Of a DNA stretch of 45,044 nucleotides, positions 1-9,394 are shown one piece after another (the first letter of the stretch is position 1; each line of letters begins with the position of its first letter). Location of the stretch: IMG/VR virus record IMGVR_UViG_2718217859_000007. One strand, 5' to 3'. Source of the stretch: a virus. Its lineage: Duplodnaviria > Heunggongvirae > Uroviricota > Caudoviricetes. The translations under genes were made by a program, and so were the position numbers. The notes under the pieces were generated by a model. That model was given only the letters and a program-made list of their open reading frames with translations, had not been told where the DNA came from and ran no database searches.

Positions 1-603
1 TTATCGAGCGTGATTGCCGCTAATCGCCATCTCTCTGATTGAGCGTAAATCATCCAGATTATTCAGTTGTTCCTTCATCTCGCGCTGGCGTTCGTGGATT
101 TTAAAGCCCTCCGTCACCATGGCCACCATCATGGCATCGTTCAGCGCAATAAGTTTCTCCCTGGTCAGTATGACATTGTTATTATCCGCATCAGTCCAGA
201 AAAACCCCTCCGGAAGCAGTCCGGCCTGCGCTGCTGCAACCACGGGGGCAAGGCGTGACTGCGAGGTTTTTCCGCCATCAAAACGACGGCCATCAAACGT
301 GAAAATAAACTCAACGTTTTCCTGACTGTCGCGCCATGCCTCAATTTCCCGCTTTTTGGCATCCTTTGCCGCGGCGATAAGTTCAGGCGTGACAGTGAAC
401 GGAGCGATTTCGCCCCATTTCCCGCTTTGCAGCTCCTGCCAGATGTGCTGGCCTGTCGGGGCCGTATCATCCTGTATGGCGGTATACAGGACAAACTCCG
501 TTTCACCTTCAAATAACACCTCGCAGTCAATCGCACCATTTTCAAGATAATGTGCGTTTCTGATGCCTTTCACCGCTCTGATTTTCATGTCTGATTTCCT
601 CAT
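1..603 (-). CDS. tfa: tail fiber assembly protein (lambda Tfa-like)
   Basis: Complete ORF ending at window base 1, immediately downstream of the Stf-like fiber gene; Tfa-like sequence; Met6 is an alternative start. Confidence 0.75.
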   Translation of the reverse strand: MRKSDMKIRAVKGIRNAHYLENGAIDCEVLFEGETEFVLYTAIQDDTAPTGQHIWQELQSGKWGEIAPFTVTPELIAAAKDAKKREIEAWRDSQENVEFIFTFDGRRFDGGKTSQSRLAPVVAAAQAGLLPEGFFWTDADNNNVILTREKLIALNDAMMVAMVTEGFKIHERQREMKEQLNNLDDLRSIREMAISGNHAR

Positions 604-2876
604 TACTCAATGCGTACAAAAAGACCGATAAAGCCACGCTGAGTACCATAATTGTTACCCAGGCCCGAAAGCGCCGTGTAACGACCGGGGAAGTTGTATT
701 CACCGGCACCGCCAATCACAACCTGCGGTGAGGATGCGTATGTCCCTGTATCACTAACCTGTGCACTCATGGCCAGAGGACCAAGACGGGAACCCGGCAC
801 AGTATCACCGAGTCCCAGAGACACATCTGCACCAAAACTCTCCCCCTGATATACCGCCATTATCGGCACACCGACGGCCGGGTATTTGTAATATGAGCCT
901 GACCCCGCCGTCCTGGACAACAAGTACGCCAGTGAGCTACCGTCATACACAATAAGGCTTGATGTTGCATTCCAGCTGTTACCACTGTAGCGATAACGCA
1001 TACAATGTATGCTGTGCTCATCCTCGTAATACTGGTTGTAGTACAGCAGCATTTTGAATTTACGCGCTGAGTCTGAACCATCGTTATCAGAGGGTGACCA
1101 CATCACATCAATGATACCGTTAAATTTCGTGGTGCCCACCAGCAGCGTGGAGGAGTCCGCAATACTGACCGCATAACGCCCCGGGGTGACTGTCTGCAGC
1201 CATATAACGAAATCAGCCTGTCCGTTAAATGACAGAGCTTCGGCGCTGGTGAATGCCTGTCCAAACCCATACATCCCGGACAGGGCCAGCCTGCCCGGTG
1301 TGCGGTCACGGATATCACTCTGGGGTTCCATCGTCGCAGCCGCGCTCAGCTCAAGCTCCGTGCGCATGGCTTCAGCCGTGTCATGCGCCAGTAATGCGCG
1401 GGCCTTCTCTGACAGCGGAGACAGTGAGGCATTCCCGTCTGTATTGAAGTACAGAAGATTATCTGCCCGTTGCGTCAGTGCGCTGATTGCCGTTAAGACG
1501 TCATTAAGCGGTTGTTTGCCTGCCAGCGCGTTTGTGATTGTCGTCGCAAAGTTCGGGTCATTGCCCAGCGCCGCTGCCAGCTCGTTCAGGGTGTCCAGAA
1601 CTTCCGGCGATGAGCCAACCAGCGCAGCAAGCAGTTTGCGCACAAACGCTGCGTTCGCTGCTTCCAGACCGGCGGCATCATCCGGTGGGGTTGGGGTGGT
1701 TGGGGTGCCGGTGAAGGCCGGGCTGTCCAGTGGCGCTTTTGTTTTCGTTTCGTCCATGACGGCTTTGACAGCCTTTGGCGTGGCAGCCAGTTCATCGCTG
1801 TCGTTGTCCGTATCACTACACAGTTGCACCAGACCTTTTTCTGTCGTGCTGGCATTTGTTGCATTCAGGTCATCAACTATCTGCTGCGCCTCATCCCTGT
1901 ACTGTTTCGCTTCCTGCGCATTGTCTGCACCTGCATCCTGGCTGTCTTTAGCCTGTCGGGCGTATTCGGCAGCGTTATTTTCATGCCCGAGTGCAGCATT
2001 TGCTGCATTTTCCGCGCTGGTTGCAGCTGATGATGCGGCATTATGATAAAGGCGGGCACGTTCGGCGGCATCGACTGATTCATCCCGCGATGTGCCTGAT
2101 GACTGTGCGCTGTTTTCTGCCTCACCCGCAAAACGTTCCGCATCATCACGGGCGGTGACCGTTGCCTCCACATCCTGCGCGGTCTGCTGTGCGCTTTGTG
2201 CTGCATTATCAGCGTGATTTTCCGCATTCTGTTCGCTTTGTGCGGCAGCTTCGGCACTGGCTTTTGCCTCGCCGGTCAGCGTTGCAGCATCAGCAAGTTT
2301 ATCGACCGCTTTCCGGACTATCGTGTCGGCATCCTTGACAGCCTGCTCTGCGCGGGCCGCATCCTGTGTGGCAGATGATGCCAGCAGCGCCACCTGATTT
2401 TTGTCTTCGGCAACGGCTTCTGCATTCTGCTGTACGTTATCCGCCAGCGTCTCGCAGTCTTCCTTTATCTTCTGCGCATCAGCGACATGTTGCCCGGCCT
2501 GTCGCTCGCTTTCCGCTGCTGCTTCCGCGCTCTGCTGCGCCTGCGCCACCATTTCCTCAAAGCGTTTCACTACATCCGGTTTTAAATCGCCTTCATCGAG
2601 GGCGGTCAGAAAGTCGTTCAGTGTGCCGGGCTTTGAGTCGTCGTAAACCGAAATATCACCGACGCAATATTCTCTTTCAATACACGAACGAAGATAAACA
2701 TCATATCTTCCGGTCTGGGCTTCAAATGCATATTCTCCTGCCGGCCCTGTCACCACTGTTGCCACCGTTCTCATGACCACTGCGGATGTATTTTGCCGGG
2801 CTTTCAGAATAATATGGTATCCGGACAAGGGGAGCCCCGCACCATCCGTCAGCACACCCGAAATTAATACAGACAT
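603..2876 (-). CDS. stf: side tail fiber protein (lambda Stf-like)
   Basis: 757 aa; N-terminus MSVLISGVLTDGAG..ILKARQNT and central block KGLVQLCSDT..ATPKAVKAVMDETKTKAPLDSPAFTGTPT..NELAAALGNDPNFATT resemble lambda Stf by recall; Ala/Gln/Ser-rich shaft; divergent C-terminal receptor region. Confidence 0.85.
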   Translation of the reverse strand: MSVLISGVLTDGAGLPLSGYHIILKARQNTSAVVMRTVATVVTGPAGEYAFEAQTGRYDVYLRSCIEREYCVGDISVYDDSKPGTLNDFLTALDEGDLKPDVVKRFEEMVAQAQQSAEAAAESERQAGQHVADAQKIKEDCETLADNVQQNAEAVAEDKNQVALLASSATQDAARAEQAVKDADTIVRKAVDKLADAATLTGEAKASAEAAAQSEQNAENHADNAAQSAQQTAQDVEATVTARDDAERFAGEAENSAQSSGTSRDESVDAAERARLYHNAASSAATSAENAANAALGHENNAAEYARQAKDSQDAGADNAQEAKQYRDEAQQIVDDLNATNASTTEKGLVQLCSDTDNDSDELAATPKAVKAVMDETKTKAPLDSPAFTGTPTTPTPPDDAAGLEAANAAFVRKLLAALVGSSPEVLDTLNELAAALGNDPNFATTITNALAGKQPLNDVLTAISALTQRADNLLYFNTDGNASLSPLSEKARALLAHDTAEAMRTELELSAAATMEPQSDIRDRTPGRLALSGMYGFGQAFTSAEALSFNGQADFVIWLQTVTPGRYAVSIADSSTLLVGTTKFNGIIDVMWSPSDNDGSDSARKFKMLLYYNQYYEDEHSIHCMRYRYSGNSWNATSSLIVYDGSSLAYLLSRTAGSGSYYKYPAVGVPIMAVYQGESFGADVSLGLGDTVPGSRLGPLAMSAQVSDTGTYASSPQVVIGGAGEYNFPGRYTALSGLGNNYGTQRGFIGLFVRIE

Positions 2877-2900
2877 TTTTAATTTCCTGATTTAAAAAAA

Positions 2901-3989
2901 TTAACCGTAATAATTGACACCTTTTTTATCCGCGTTCTTCTTCCCTGATGCCTGTCCTTTCGCGGAAATATCCGTGGTCAGCGACAGATTCAGCGAAAAT
3001 CCCTGCCCCGGTGCCAGTGAAAACTCCACCGATTCAGCCTGCCAGTAATGGTCCTCACGCACACCAAATCCCTGCGTGATAAAACGCACCTCCGCCCCCG
3101 CTTTCAGCAGTTCCGGTCTGCAGGGCAACGTTATCGTCATCTGGCGTCCGGCTTTCTGCACACGTTTAACCTTCGACTCTGCACAGTGTTTTGCGGTGCC
3201 CTGGTCAGGCTGGGTAAAGGGATGCCGCTTATCTGTTGACTCCACGTCAACTTTAACTTCACGTGTGCGTCCGTCACGGGCATCAAAATACCGGACACCC
3301 ACTTTCCCATCTTTCCCGCCACCCGCAGCGCCCTGTCGCTCACCTTCACGATAATCCCAGTCTGATACCATACCCGGCGTAATGGTTATCTCAGGGGCAT
3401 TTCTGCCCCCTGCACTCCGTGATGCCCCGTATTCCAGAAACAACCAGTAGCCACTGGTCGGTTTACTGGTGGCACCGTACATACCTGCAATGCGGGACAG
3501 GAGGGCTGCATCAGATTCTGATGACTGCATCACCCATGGGATATGAATACCAGCCAGCGCCGGTGATACCTGCGCCACCAGATTATTTTCAGTGGCGATG
3601 GTTTTTACCAGGTCTCCCAGCGAGATATCACTGAAAGCGCGGGTTTTCAGTGCGGTCACGTCCGCGCCATGTTTTGACGCATTCATGGGGGCTGCGGTGG
3701 CATAAATAGTGATCCGGCGGGGAGGGCCACCACTTGCCACCTGACAGACGGTAAAGCTGCCTTTATTTACCAGATTTCCGTTGAACCCCAGTCCCAGCGT
3801 TAGCACCGCGCCTTTCGGGGGCAACGCCAGCGTCTCACTGAACAGCGTTATCATCAGTTCATCGGACCGCTTTGTGCCAGCACCATTATCGGTATATCGC
3901 AGCTCAGCCAGACCTCGTTTTATTTCCTTCGTGATATCCTGACCTTCCGCTGTCAGACTGAAATCCGGCTGATACTCATTCACTCCCAT
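2901..3989 (-). CDS. tail protein, P2 gpD-like (late control D family)
   Basis: 362 aa ORF in the P2 gene-order position after U/X; family assignment by recall and synteny. Confidence 0.75.
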   Translation of the reverse strand: MGVNEYQPDFSLTAEGQDITKEIKRGLAELRYTDNGAGTKRSDELMITLFSETLALPPKGAVLTLGLGFNGNLVNKGSFTVCQVASGGPPRRITIYATAAPMNASKHGADVTALKTRAFSDISLGDLVKTIATENNLVAQVSPALAGIHIPWVMQSSESDAALLSRIAGMYGATSKPTSGYWLFLEYGASRSAGGRNAPEITITPGMVSDWDYREGERQGAAGGGKDGKVGVRYFDARDGRTREVKVDVESTDKRHPFTQPDQGTAKHCAESKVKRVQKAGRQMTITLPCRPELLKAGAEVRFITQGFGVREDHYWQAESVEFSLAPGQGFSLNLSLTTDISAKGQASGKKNADKKGVNYYG

Positions 3990-4198
3990 AACTGAAACGT
4001 CTCCTTCACTTCCGGTTCATATACCCAGTCCGGCAACACGATTTCCACTCCCGCCGGACAGACCGGACCAAGGTCAGCCAGCCCCGGATTAGCCTCCAGT
4101 ACCGCCGCCAGTGACTGGTTAAGCCCGGCACTGCCATAGTGCCTCTGACAGATGTCATCCAGCATATCGCCGTCAGTGGTCCGCCAGTTTTTCGCCAT
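3980..4198 (-). CDS. tail protein X (P2 gpX-like, LysM-type)
   Basis: 72 aa ORF between U-like and D-like genes, overlapping both; size and position typical of gpX. Confidence 0.65.
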   Translation of the reverse strand: MAKNWRTTDGDMLDDICQRHYGSAGLNQSLAAVLEANPGLADLGPVCPAGVEIVLPDWVYEPEVKETFQLWE

Positions 4199-4667
4199 AG
4201 TATTTCAGCTCCAGAGTGAACGTTTTATTCTTTGGCGCACCGCCGGGAAGAAAGGAGGTGGTGTTATCTGAATAGGCTGTTGCCACGAAATACCCCATCA
4301 CATCACCTGTGCCCGAGACCAGAAGATGCGGGGCCGGATTGTCATCCACCATCTGAACCAGTGTATCAAGGGCATCCATTCCCACACCGTCACGAAATCC
4401 CGCATGCACCATACCTTCAAAGGTTATCGTTCTGGCCCCCTTACCGGTATACTGCAGCAGGTCGTTTTTTCCGATAAGCTGTTGTTCATCCCACCGCCAT
4501 TCCATGGTGCGCTTCATGGCGTTATACGCTGCCGTATCGATACTGAATTCAAACTCACCAAACGACAGCATGACGCGGGAAGCCACCTCCGTTAATGAGC
4601 CCACTGCGTCCCATGCTTCGCGCTCAAGCCGGTTTACGCCCCAGCCCAGTAAATCCACCATCTTCAC
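4173..4667 (-). CDS. tail protein, P2 gpU-like
   Basis: 164 aa ORF directly downstream of the tape measure gene with 4-nt overlap; P2 order T-U-(X)-D. Confidence 0.7.
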   Translation of the reverse strand: MKMVDLLGWGVNRLEREAWDAVGSLTEVASRVMLSFGEFEFSIDTAAYNAMKRTMEWRWDEQQLIGKNDLLQYTGKGARTITFEGMVHAGFRDGVGMDALDTLVQMVDDNPAPHLLVSGTGDVMGYFVATAYSDNTTSFLPGGAPKNKTFTLELKYYGEKLADH

Positions 4668-6316
4668 CCCCAGGATTCATAACCATCAGTCATACGGGAA
4701 CGCTGGCCAAAATTAATATCCCCCAGATTTTTCATCACCCTGTCTGCAAGTTGTCCGGCATCCTCGCCAGGTTTCTGGGTAATGTTGAATTCCGCCCGTA
4801 TCTGATACGTGGGTTTTACTTCCACCTGGCTGATACTGCCGGGTGTATACTGGAGAGCTGAAAGGCGATCAGGATTTTCCTGTCCCTGACCAGCCGCAGG
4901 AAGTCCGTCAATGTAGGTGCGGGATTTCTCTTTTATCGCCTTAAAATCAGGTTCTTCCTTCGGTCCCAGCAAAGGGTCGAGAAATGCATCAAACTTTTTA
5001 TCGTCATGATTCCAGGGGAGATAACCGCGGGTGTCTTTATAGGCCTGTACAACCTGTTTTGTCAGGTCAGGATTTTGCCTGAGCAGTTCATCAAACCATT
5101 CACCCTGACCGTTTTTCTGCGCCACTACTCTCGCCAGCTCCGGCGACCCCATTTTTGCCAGATACTCCAGCACTTCCCGTCGGTCCTCTCGCGGATCATC
5201 CGCCAGCCCCCACTCAATGGCTTTTTGTGTAATTCCGGCAAGAACTTTTCCAAATTTCCACATCCAGGCAGCCAAGTCGATCAGCGCCGGCAGGGCATCA
5301 TCACGAATAAATGCCCGGATTTTTTCCAGTCCACCATTCTTAAACCAGGCCGCAAGGTCATCCGTCACCTGTTGAATATGTGGTGCCAGCTCCTTACCCA
5401 GTTGCCCGCTGATTTCATCAATGGACGAACTCAGAACATTACTGAGATTTGACAGCGCCATATGCCCCTGAACTGCGCCATCTGCCCCTGCCTTTGTCAC
5501 CAGGTTATAGCGTTTCTGCTCACTGATAAGCTTCCGGTAAGTTTTTCCTGACAGACGCATCCAGGTCAGAATTTTATTGGCCTCACCACCAAACAACGCA
5601 TCTGCCATCCCGGCTGCCACCTGTTCATTCTCTACCTGCAGTAAGCGATCAAATAAAAATTCGACCTGCTCCTGGTTACTTTTCCCTGCCATCACCCCGG
5701 ATTTCAGTCCCAGTTTGCCAAAGACCTCCTGAATGGCCCCTTTATCCGTGGCACCATTATCATCGTCAAAAACCTTGTTCCGGTACTCCTCAAACAGATC
5801 ACCGATGTTTTCACCGTTCAGCCCCATCAGTCGGGCCAGAGAATCCCACGCCGCATAGGTTTCATAATCCACTCCGTAACTGCGGGCGATCCCTGCCCGC
5901 TCCGCCGTTTCACTGTTCCGGCTAAGTGCTGCACCTGCAGCGCCTGCCAGTGTCAGTCCTGCCCCGACTGAAAGCCCGCCCCCCACTTTCAGGGCAGTCA
6001 TTCCACGCCCTTTCCAGCGAGCCAGACGTTCCGCACGCGCCAGTTCGCGGTTAAATCTGTCCTGCTCAGCGGTGGCATCATGGATTTTTTTACCCAGCTT
6101 TTCATACTGCTTTCGCAGATCGGTAATATCCTGTCCTGCCAGTACGCCAGCCTGGATTTTTCGTTTCAGTACGTCCTGCTGGCGTGTCAGACGAGCCACT
6201 TCACGCGTGGCTCCGGAAAGGCCCTTTTTCAGGCCATTAACAGAATTTTTCCACGACGGATCTATCGTGCCGCCGATCCGGATATTCGCTTTAAGGTTAT
6301 CGCCAACCGTTGCCAT
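4664..6316 (-). CDS. tail tape measure protein
   Basis: 550 aa, Ala/Gly-rich with predicted coiled regions, located after the E/E' chaperone pair and before U. Confidence 0.8.
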   Translation of the reverse strand: MATVGDNLKANIRIGGTIDPSWKNSVNGLKKGLSGATREVARLTRQQDVLKRKIQAGVLAGQDITDLRKQYEKLGKKIHDATAEQDRFNRELARAERLARWKGRGMTALKVGGGLSVGAGLTLAGAAGAALSRNSETAERAGIARSYGVDYETYAAWDSLARLMGLNGENIGDLFEEYRNKVFDDDNGATDKGAIQEVFGKLGLKSGVMAGKSNQEQVEFLFDRLLQVENEQVAAGMADALFGGEANKILTWMRLSGKTYRKLISEQKRYNLVTKAGADGAVQGHMALSNLSNVLSSSIDEISGQLGKELAPHIQQVTDDLAAWFKNGGLEKIRAFIRDDALPALIDLAAWMWKFGKVLAGITQKAIEWGLADDPREDRREVLEYLAKMGSPELARVVAQKNGQGEWFDELLRQNPDLTKQVVQAYKDTRGYLPWNHDDKKFDAFLDPLLGPKEEPDFKAIKEKSRTYIDGLPAAGQGQENPDRLSALQYTPGSISQVEVKPTYQIRAEFNITQKPGEDAGQLADRVMKNLGDINFGQRSRMTDGYESWG

Positions 6317-6433
6317 AACATCGCTTCCTCTCTTCCGACTCCGCCAGCATCATTGCCACAAAATCCGTATACGGCAGCGCCATCACATCTCCTGGAGACC
6401 ACCCGAACCAGACACCGGCACGCCGTATCGCCA

Positions 6434-6736
6434 TCAGGATGCTTTCTTCTTCCGCCGGACCGGCGGCAGCAAAAAAACATTAAACTGCCGCTCCAGGGCC
6501 AGGTAATCACACGCTTCCATGTTCATCATGTCCGCCGCGTCCATCCCGCACAGACCGGCAATCATATCCAGATCAGCCTCTGCTTCCGGTTTGTTACTCC
6601 GACGATGCAACAGACGATCGCGGACAGTGGGCGCACGCATGGTGACGTGCGTGATCGTCTGTCCTGATGCGGTGACATACGGCACGGATAACACAATTTC
6701 CACGCTGCTGGCAGGAACACTGTTTTTTTCTGACAT
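6434..6736 (-). CDS. tail assembly chaperone (P2 gpE-like); E' made by -1 frameshift extending to ~6297
   Basis: 100 aa ORF between tube and tape measure genes; slippery T TTT TTG near its 3' end opens a -1 frame of ~58 codons ending at 6297-6299. Confidence 0.7.
   Translation of the reverse strand: MSEKNSVPASSVEIVLSVPYVTASGQTITHVTMRAPTVRDRLLHRRSNKPEAEADLDMIAGLCGMDAADMMNMEACDYLALERQFNVFLLPPVRRKKKAS
6470..6476 (-). other. programmed -1 ribosomal frameshift slippery heptamer (TTTTTTG) for E/E'
   Basis: Minus-strand GTT TTT TTG in the 0 frame of the E ORF; same heptamer and position as the P2 E/E' frameshift site. Confidence 0.6.
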
Positions 6737-6795
6737 AAGTACCTACTTAAAAAAAGAAAAGGCGGCCTGAGCCGCCTGAATGACAGGATCCCGGA

Positions 6796-7314
6796 TTAAA
6801 CCCGGATGATTTTTTTCAGATCCGCCAGAACATTAACGCCATTAATACGACGTACAAACTCCTCCGGAATAATGCAGATGGTTTCCACACCGTCGACAGC
6901 CTGGCGGTAATAACTCAGCGACATTTCCACCGTCACCGAGGCGTCTGCCTGCGATGTTGCCGGACGTGCATCCGGCGTGATACTGGTGATCATCCCCTGC
7001 AGGGTTTCCACCTGTCCGCTGGTCGCATTCCCCACCTGATAGCCCTGGCGGACAACAATCTCCGGCGAATAAAGCCCGGCCTGTAATCCCAGCAGCGTCA
7101 GCATGGCAACATCATAACCATAAATCTTAAACGAACAGGTCAGTGCTTCCATGCCGTCATCCACTGCCACCGGTGCATCCATTGCGCCGGTTTTGATATC
7201 CACTGTCGTGATATTAATGGCAGGCGGTGTGTATTCATGCGCCCCCTGAAGGCGGATCCCGCCAGGAAGAAATAACGCCCATGCGCGCAACAGTTTTTTT
7301 TCACCCGTCATCAT
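6796..7314 (-). CDS. tail tube protein (P2 FII-like)
   Basis: 172 aa ORF immediately downstream of the sheath gene with 4-nt overlap; myovirus tube size and position. Confidence 0.8.
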   Translation of the reverse strand: MMTGEKKLLRAWALFLPGGIRLQGAHEYTPPAINITTVDIKTGAMDAPVAVDDGMEALTCSFKIYGYDVAMLTLLGLQAGLYSPEIVVRQGYQVGNATSGQVETLQGMITSITPDARPATSQADASVTVEMSLSYYRQAVDGVETICIIPEEFVRRINGVNVLADLKKIIRV

Positions 7315-8786
7315 ACTGTCAGTTCCTCCAGCGCCAGTTTATTGTTAATCATTGCCCGCAGTGTCAGGCGCTCCAGTGGTGACTTCGGCCCAAAGTCATA
7401 ATCAATATACAACTGCCCTGCCGCCAGGGTTTCTGCAGTGTTCAGTTCATCGTTCAGCCATGCACTGCCACCGTGGATCGCGCCCAGATTTTTAAGCTGA
7501 CGCATATAGGCATTAATGCTGCCAAGAATGTCGTCTGCCACATCCCGATCAAGCGGGCGATCGACATAAGGCAGCATGGCCTCCTGGATGCTGTCCTCAA
7601 TCACATCTGCAGTGCGGCGTACCGGCTCAAAACGCCACTGACTGTGGGATGTGCACAGACGGTTACCCCAGTGTTTAAAACCGTCATGGCGAATAATGGT
7701 GGAGATATTTTCCATGTTCAGCAGGTTTGCCGTGCAGTTCTGCTCCCCGAGAATAAACGTATCCACCTGCTCCAGACCGGTGATATTCATCACGTCCTGG
7801 TTTGATTTGGACCACCACCACCCTTTTTCGTAATCAATACGGGCACGCAGCCCGGCAGCACGGGCCGAATATGGACGAAATATCGTCTGCCCGCTGTCAT
7901 CCGTCACTGACACGCGCGGACGCAGCAGCTCCACACGCCCACCAAATGACGCGCGCCGCTGAACCACATCCTGCGGCGTTGCCATTGAAGGCGAGTCAAT
8001 ATAGGCCACAGCCCGCAGCTTCGCGGCATACGTTTCCAGCGCCTTTGCCACACCATCATCCTCACTGTACCCCGTGGCAATGAGGATGCGCGGTTGATAG
8101 CCTGTCACGCCCTTACTTTCTGTCAGCGCCTCCATGGCCTGAATCACCGCCGCACGCTGTTCGGCCTCTTTCGCCTTTGTTTTACTTTCTGCGCGCACCA
8201 CAATCACCAGCGCACCAGTCTGGTCAAAAATATCTCGCAGGGCCGGGTATAATGTTCCGGCTGTGCCCAGTTTCCCTGCCTGAGTAATGGCCCCTGCCAC
8301 CACCACCGGTGTATTGACCGGGAACGCCTCATCTTCTCCGCCGGATAACGTCAGGCTGAACGGCAACACCACTTTATTTTCAGCGCCTCCTGCATTCAGG
8401 GTGCTGACAGCCGCCGTCACAGGCGAATCCCCCAGCGCATTCACCGCTTCAGTCACACAGTCCACCGTGGCGTTAACCTGGCTGTGTTCGTCCGTCCCCA
8501 GCGTTATCGTCAGGGTTATACCTTCCAGCGTGGCCGTAGTCTGCGCACTTTGTTCTGTGGCAGCGACGGCAACCACGGAAATATTATTGCCAGCCCTGCC
8601 TTCCTGTTTCGCCGTGAAATCCAGTGCCGTTCCCAGCAGCCACGAGCCGGCAGTGCCGGAAGCACACACGCCACCAGAGGCGTCCGGCGCAGTCCCCACC
8701 AGGCCAATCACTGCCGTGGAGATGGTCTGCACGGCAACCGTACCCGTCGTCAGTTCAATGGTTTCAACACCATGTAATCCGGACAT
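7311..8786 (-). CDS. contractile tail sheath protein (P2 FI-like)
   Basis: 491 aa ORF, typical sheath size, upstream of the tube gene. Confidence 0.85.
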   Translation of the reverse strand: MSGLHGVETIELTTGTVAVQTISTAVIGLVGTAPDASGGVCASGTAGSWLLGTALDFTAKQEGRAGNNISVVAVAATEQSAQTTATLEGITLTITLGTDEHSQVNATVDCVTEAVNALGDSPVTAAVSTLNAGGAENKVVLPFSLTLSGGEDEAFPVNTPVVVAGAITQAGKLGTAGTLYPALRDIFDQTGALVIVVRAESKTKAKEAEQRAAVIQAMEALTESKGVTGYQPRILIATGYSEDDGVAKALETYAAKLRAVAYIDSPSMATPQDVVQRRASFGGRVELLRPRVSVTDDSGQTIFRPYSARAAGLRARIDYEKGWWWSKSNQDVMNITGLEQVDTFILGEQNCTANLLNMENISTIIRHDGFKHWGNRLCTSHSQWRFEPVRRTADVIEDSIQEAMLPYVDRPLDRDVADDILGSINAYMRQLKNLGAIHGGSAWLNDELNTAETLAAGQLYIDYDFGPKSPLERLTLRAMINNKLALEELTV

Positions 8787-8798
8787 ACATTTCTCCCA

Positions 8799-8821
8799 TA
8801 AAAAAACCGCCCTCAGGCGGT
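8799..8821 (-). terminator. rho-independent terminator between tail fiber genes and sheath operon
   Basis: Minus strand ACCGCC-TGAG-GGCGGT hairpin followed by TTTTTTT. Confidence 0.6.
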
Positions 8822-8840
8822 CAGATGATTCATTTCTTTT

Positions 8841-9368
8841 TCAGGTATTTTGTGGCTGCTCAGGCCAGCCAATATTGTCGTAAGCAGTCTTGTCTGCAAT
8901 TGTACTGAAATCCATCGCCTGCAGCGATTTCGCGTAAATACGCCAGACTTTCAGTTTTTCTTTTTCTTCATCACTGAGAATGCCCAGCGCCAGGTCGGTA
9001 GCCCAACCGGATGTGATATCCTGTGCCGTCATCAGCAGACGCTGACGTTCTGCCTCTGCTTTGGCCACATAATCCACTGGCACAGGCAGCACTTCGCCGT
9101 CCTGGTAATACCATCCACCATCAATATTCACACCATCAGGAAGTACATCCAGTTCGGTAACACTTGCATTAAGTGGACAGAGCGCAGAAACATCGGTTGT
9201 AATGCTGCGGACAATGTTATTACTGTCATACATGATTTTGTATGTATTCGTCGCAAACTGTTTCTGGCATTCGTACCAGTCCTGACCATCCTCACTGATG
9301 AGATATAACGCCCACGCTACTGGTGGATTTTCCGGTGTGTATTCTCTGAAGTTTTTAATGTTTATCAT
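8841..9368 (-). CDS. tail fiber assembly protein (P2 gpG-like)
   Basis: Follows the H-like fiber gene; start placed at MINIKNF (ATG at 9368), which avoids overlap with H; ~176 aa as for P2 G. Confidence 0.7.
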   Translation of the reverse strand: MINIKNFREYTPENPPVAWALYLISEDGQDWYECQKQFATNTYKIMYDSNNIVRSITTDVSALCPLNASVTELDVLPDGVNIDGGWYYQDGEVLPVPVDYVAKAEAERQRLLMTAQDITSGWATDLALGILSDEEKEKLKVWRIYAKSLQAMDFSTIADKTAYDNIGWPEQPQNT

Positions 9369-9394
9369 GGTGTTTACCGTTCTTTTACGCGAAT

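Noticed and set aside
1186-2046. 286-aa plus-strand ORF (and several others at 67-550, 2366-2776) overlapping the Stf/Tfa genes
   Set aside because: Low-complexity Ala/Ser-rich antisense shadow of the repetitive tail fiber gene; no start context; the minus-strand frame has clear homology.
6080-6667. 195-aa plus-strand ORF and the 82-aa minus-strand ORF 6262-6510 over the tape-measure/E junction
   Set aside because: Both overlap well-supported genes in other frames; the true E' extension is in the third frame, reached by -1 frameshift.
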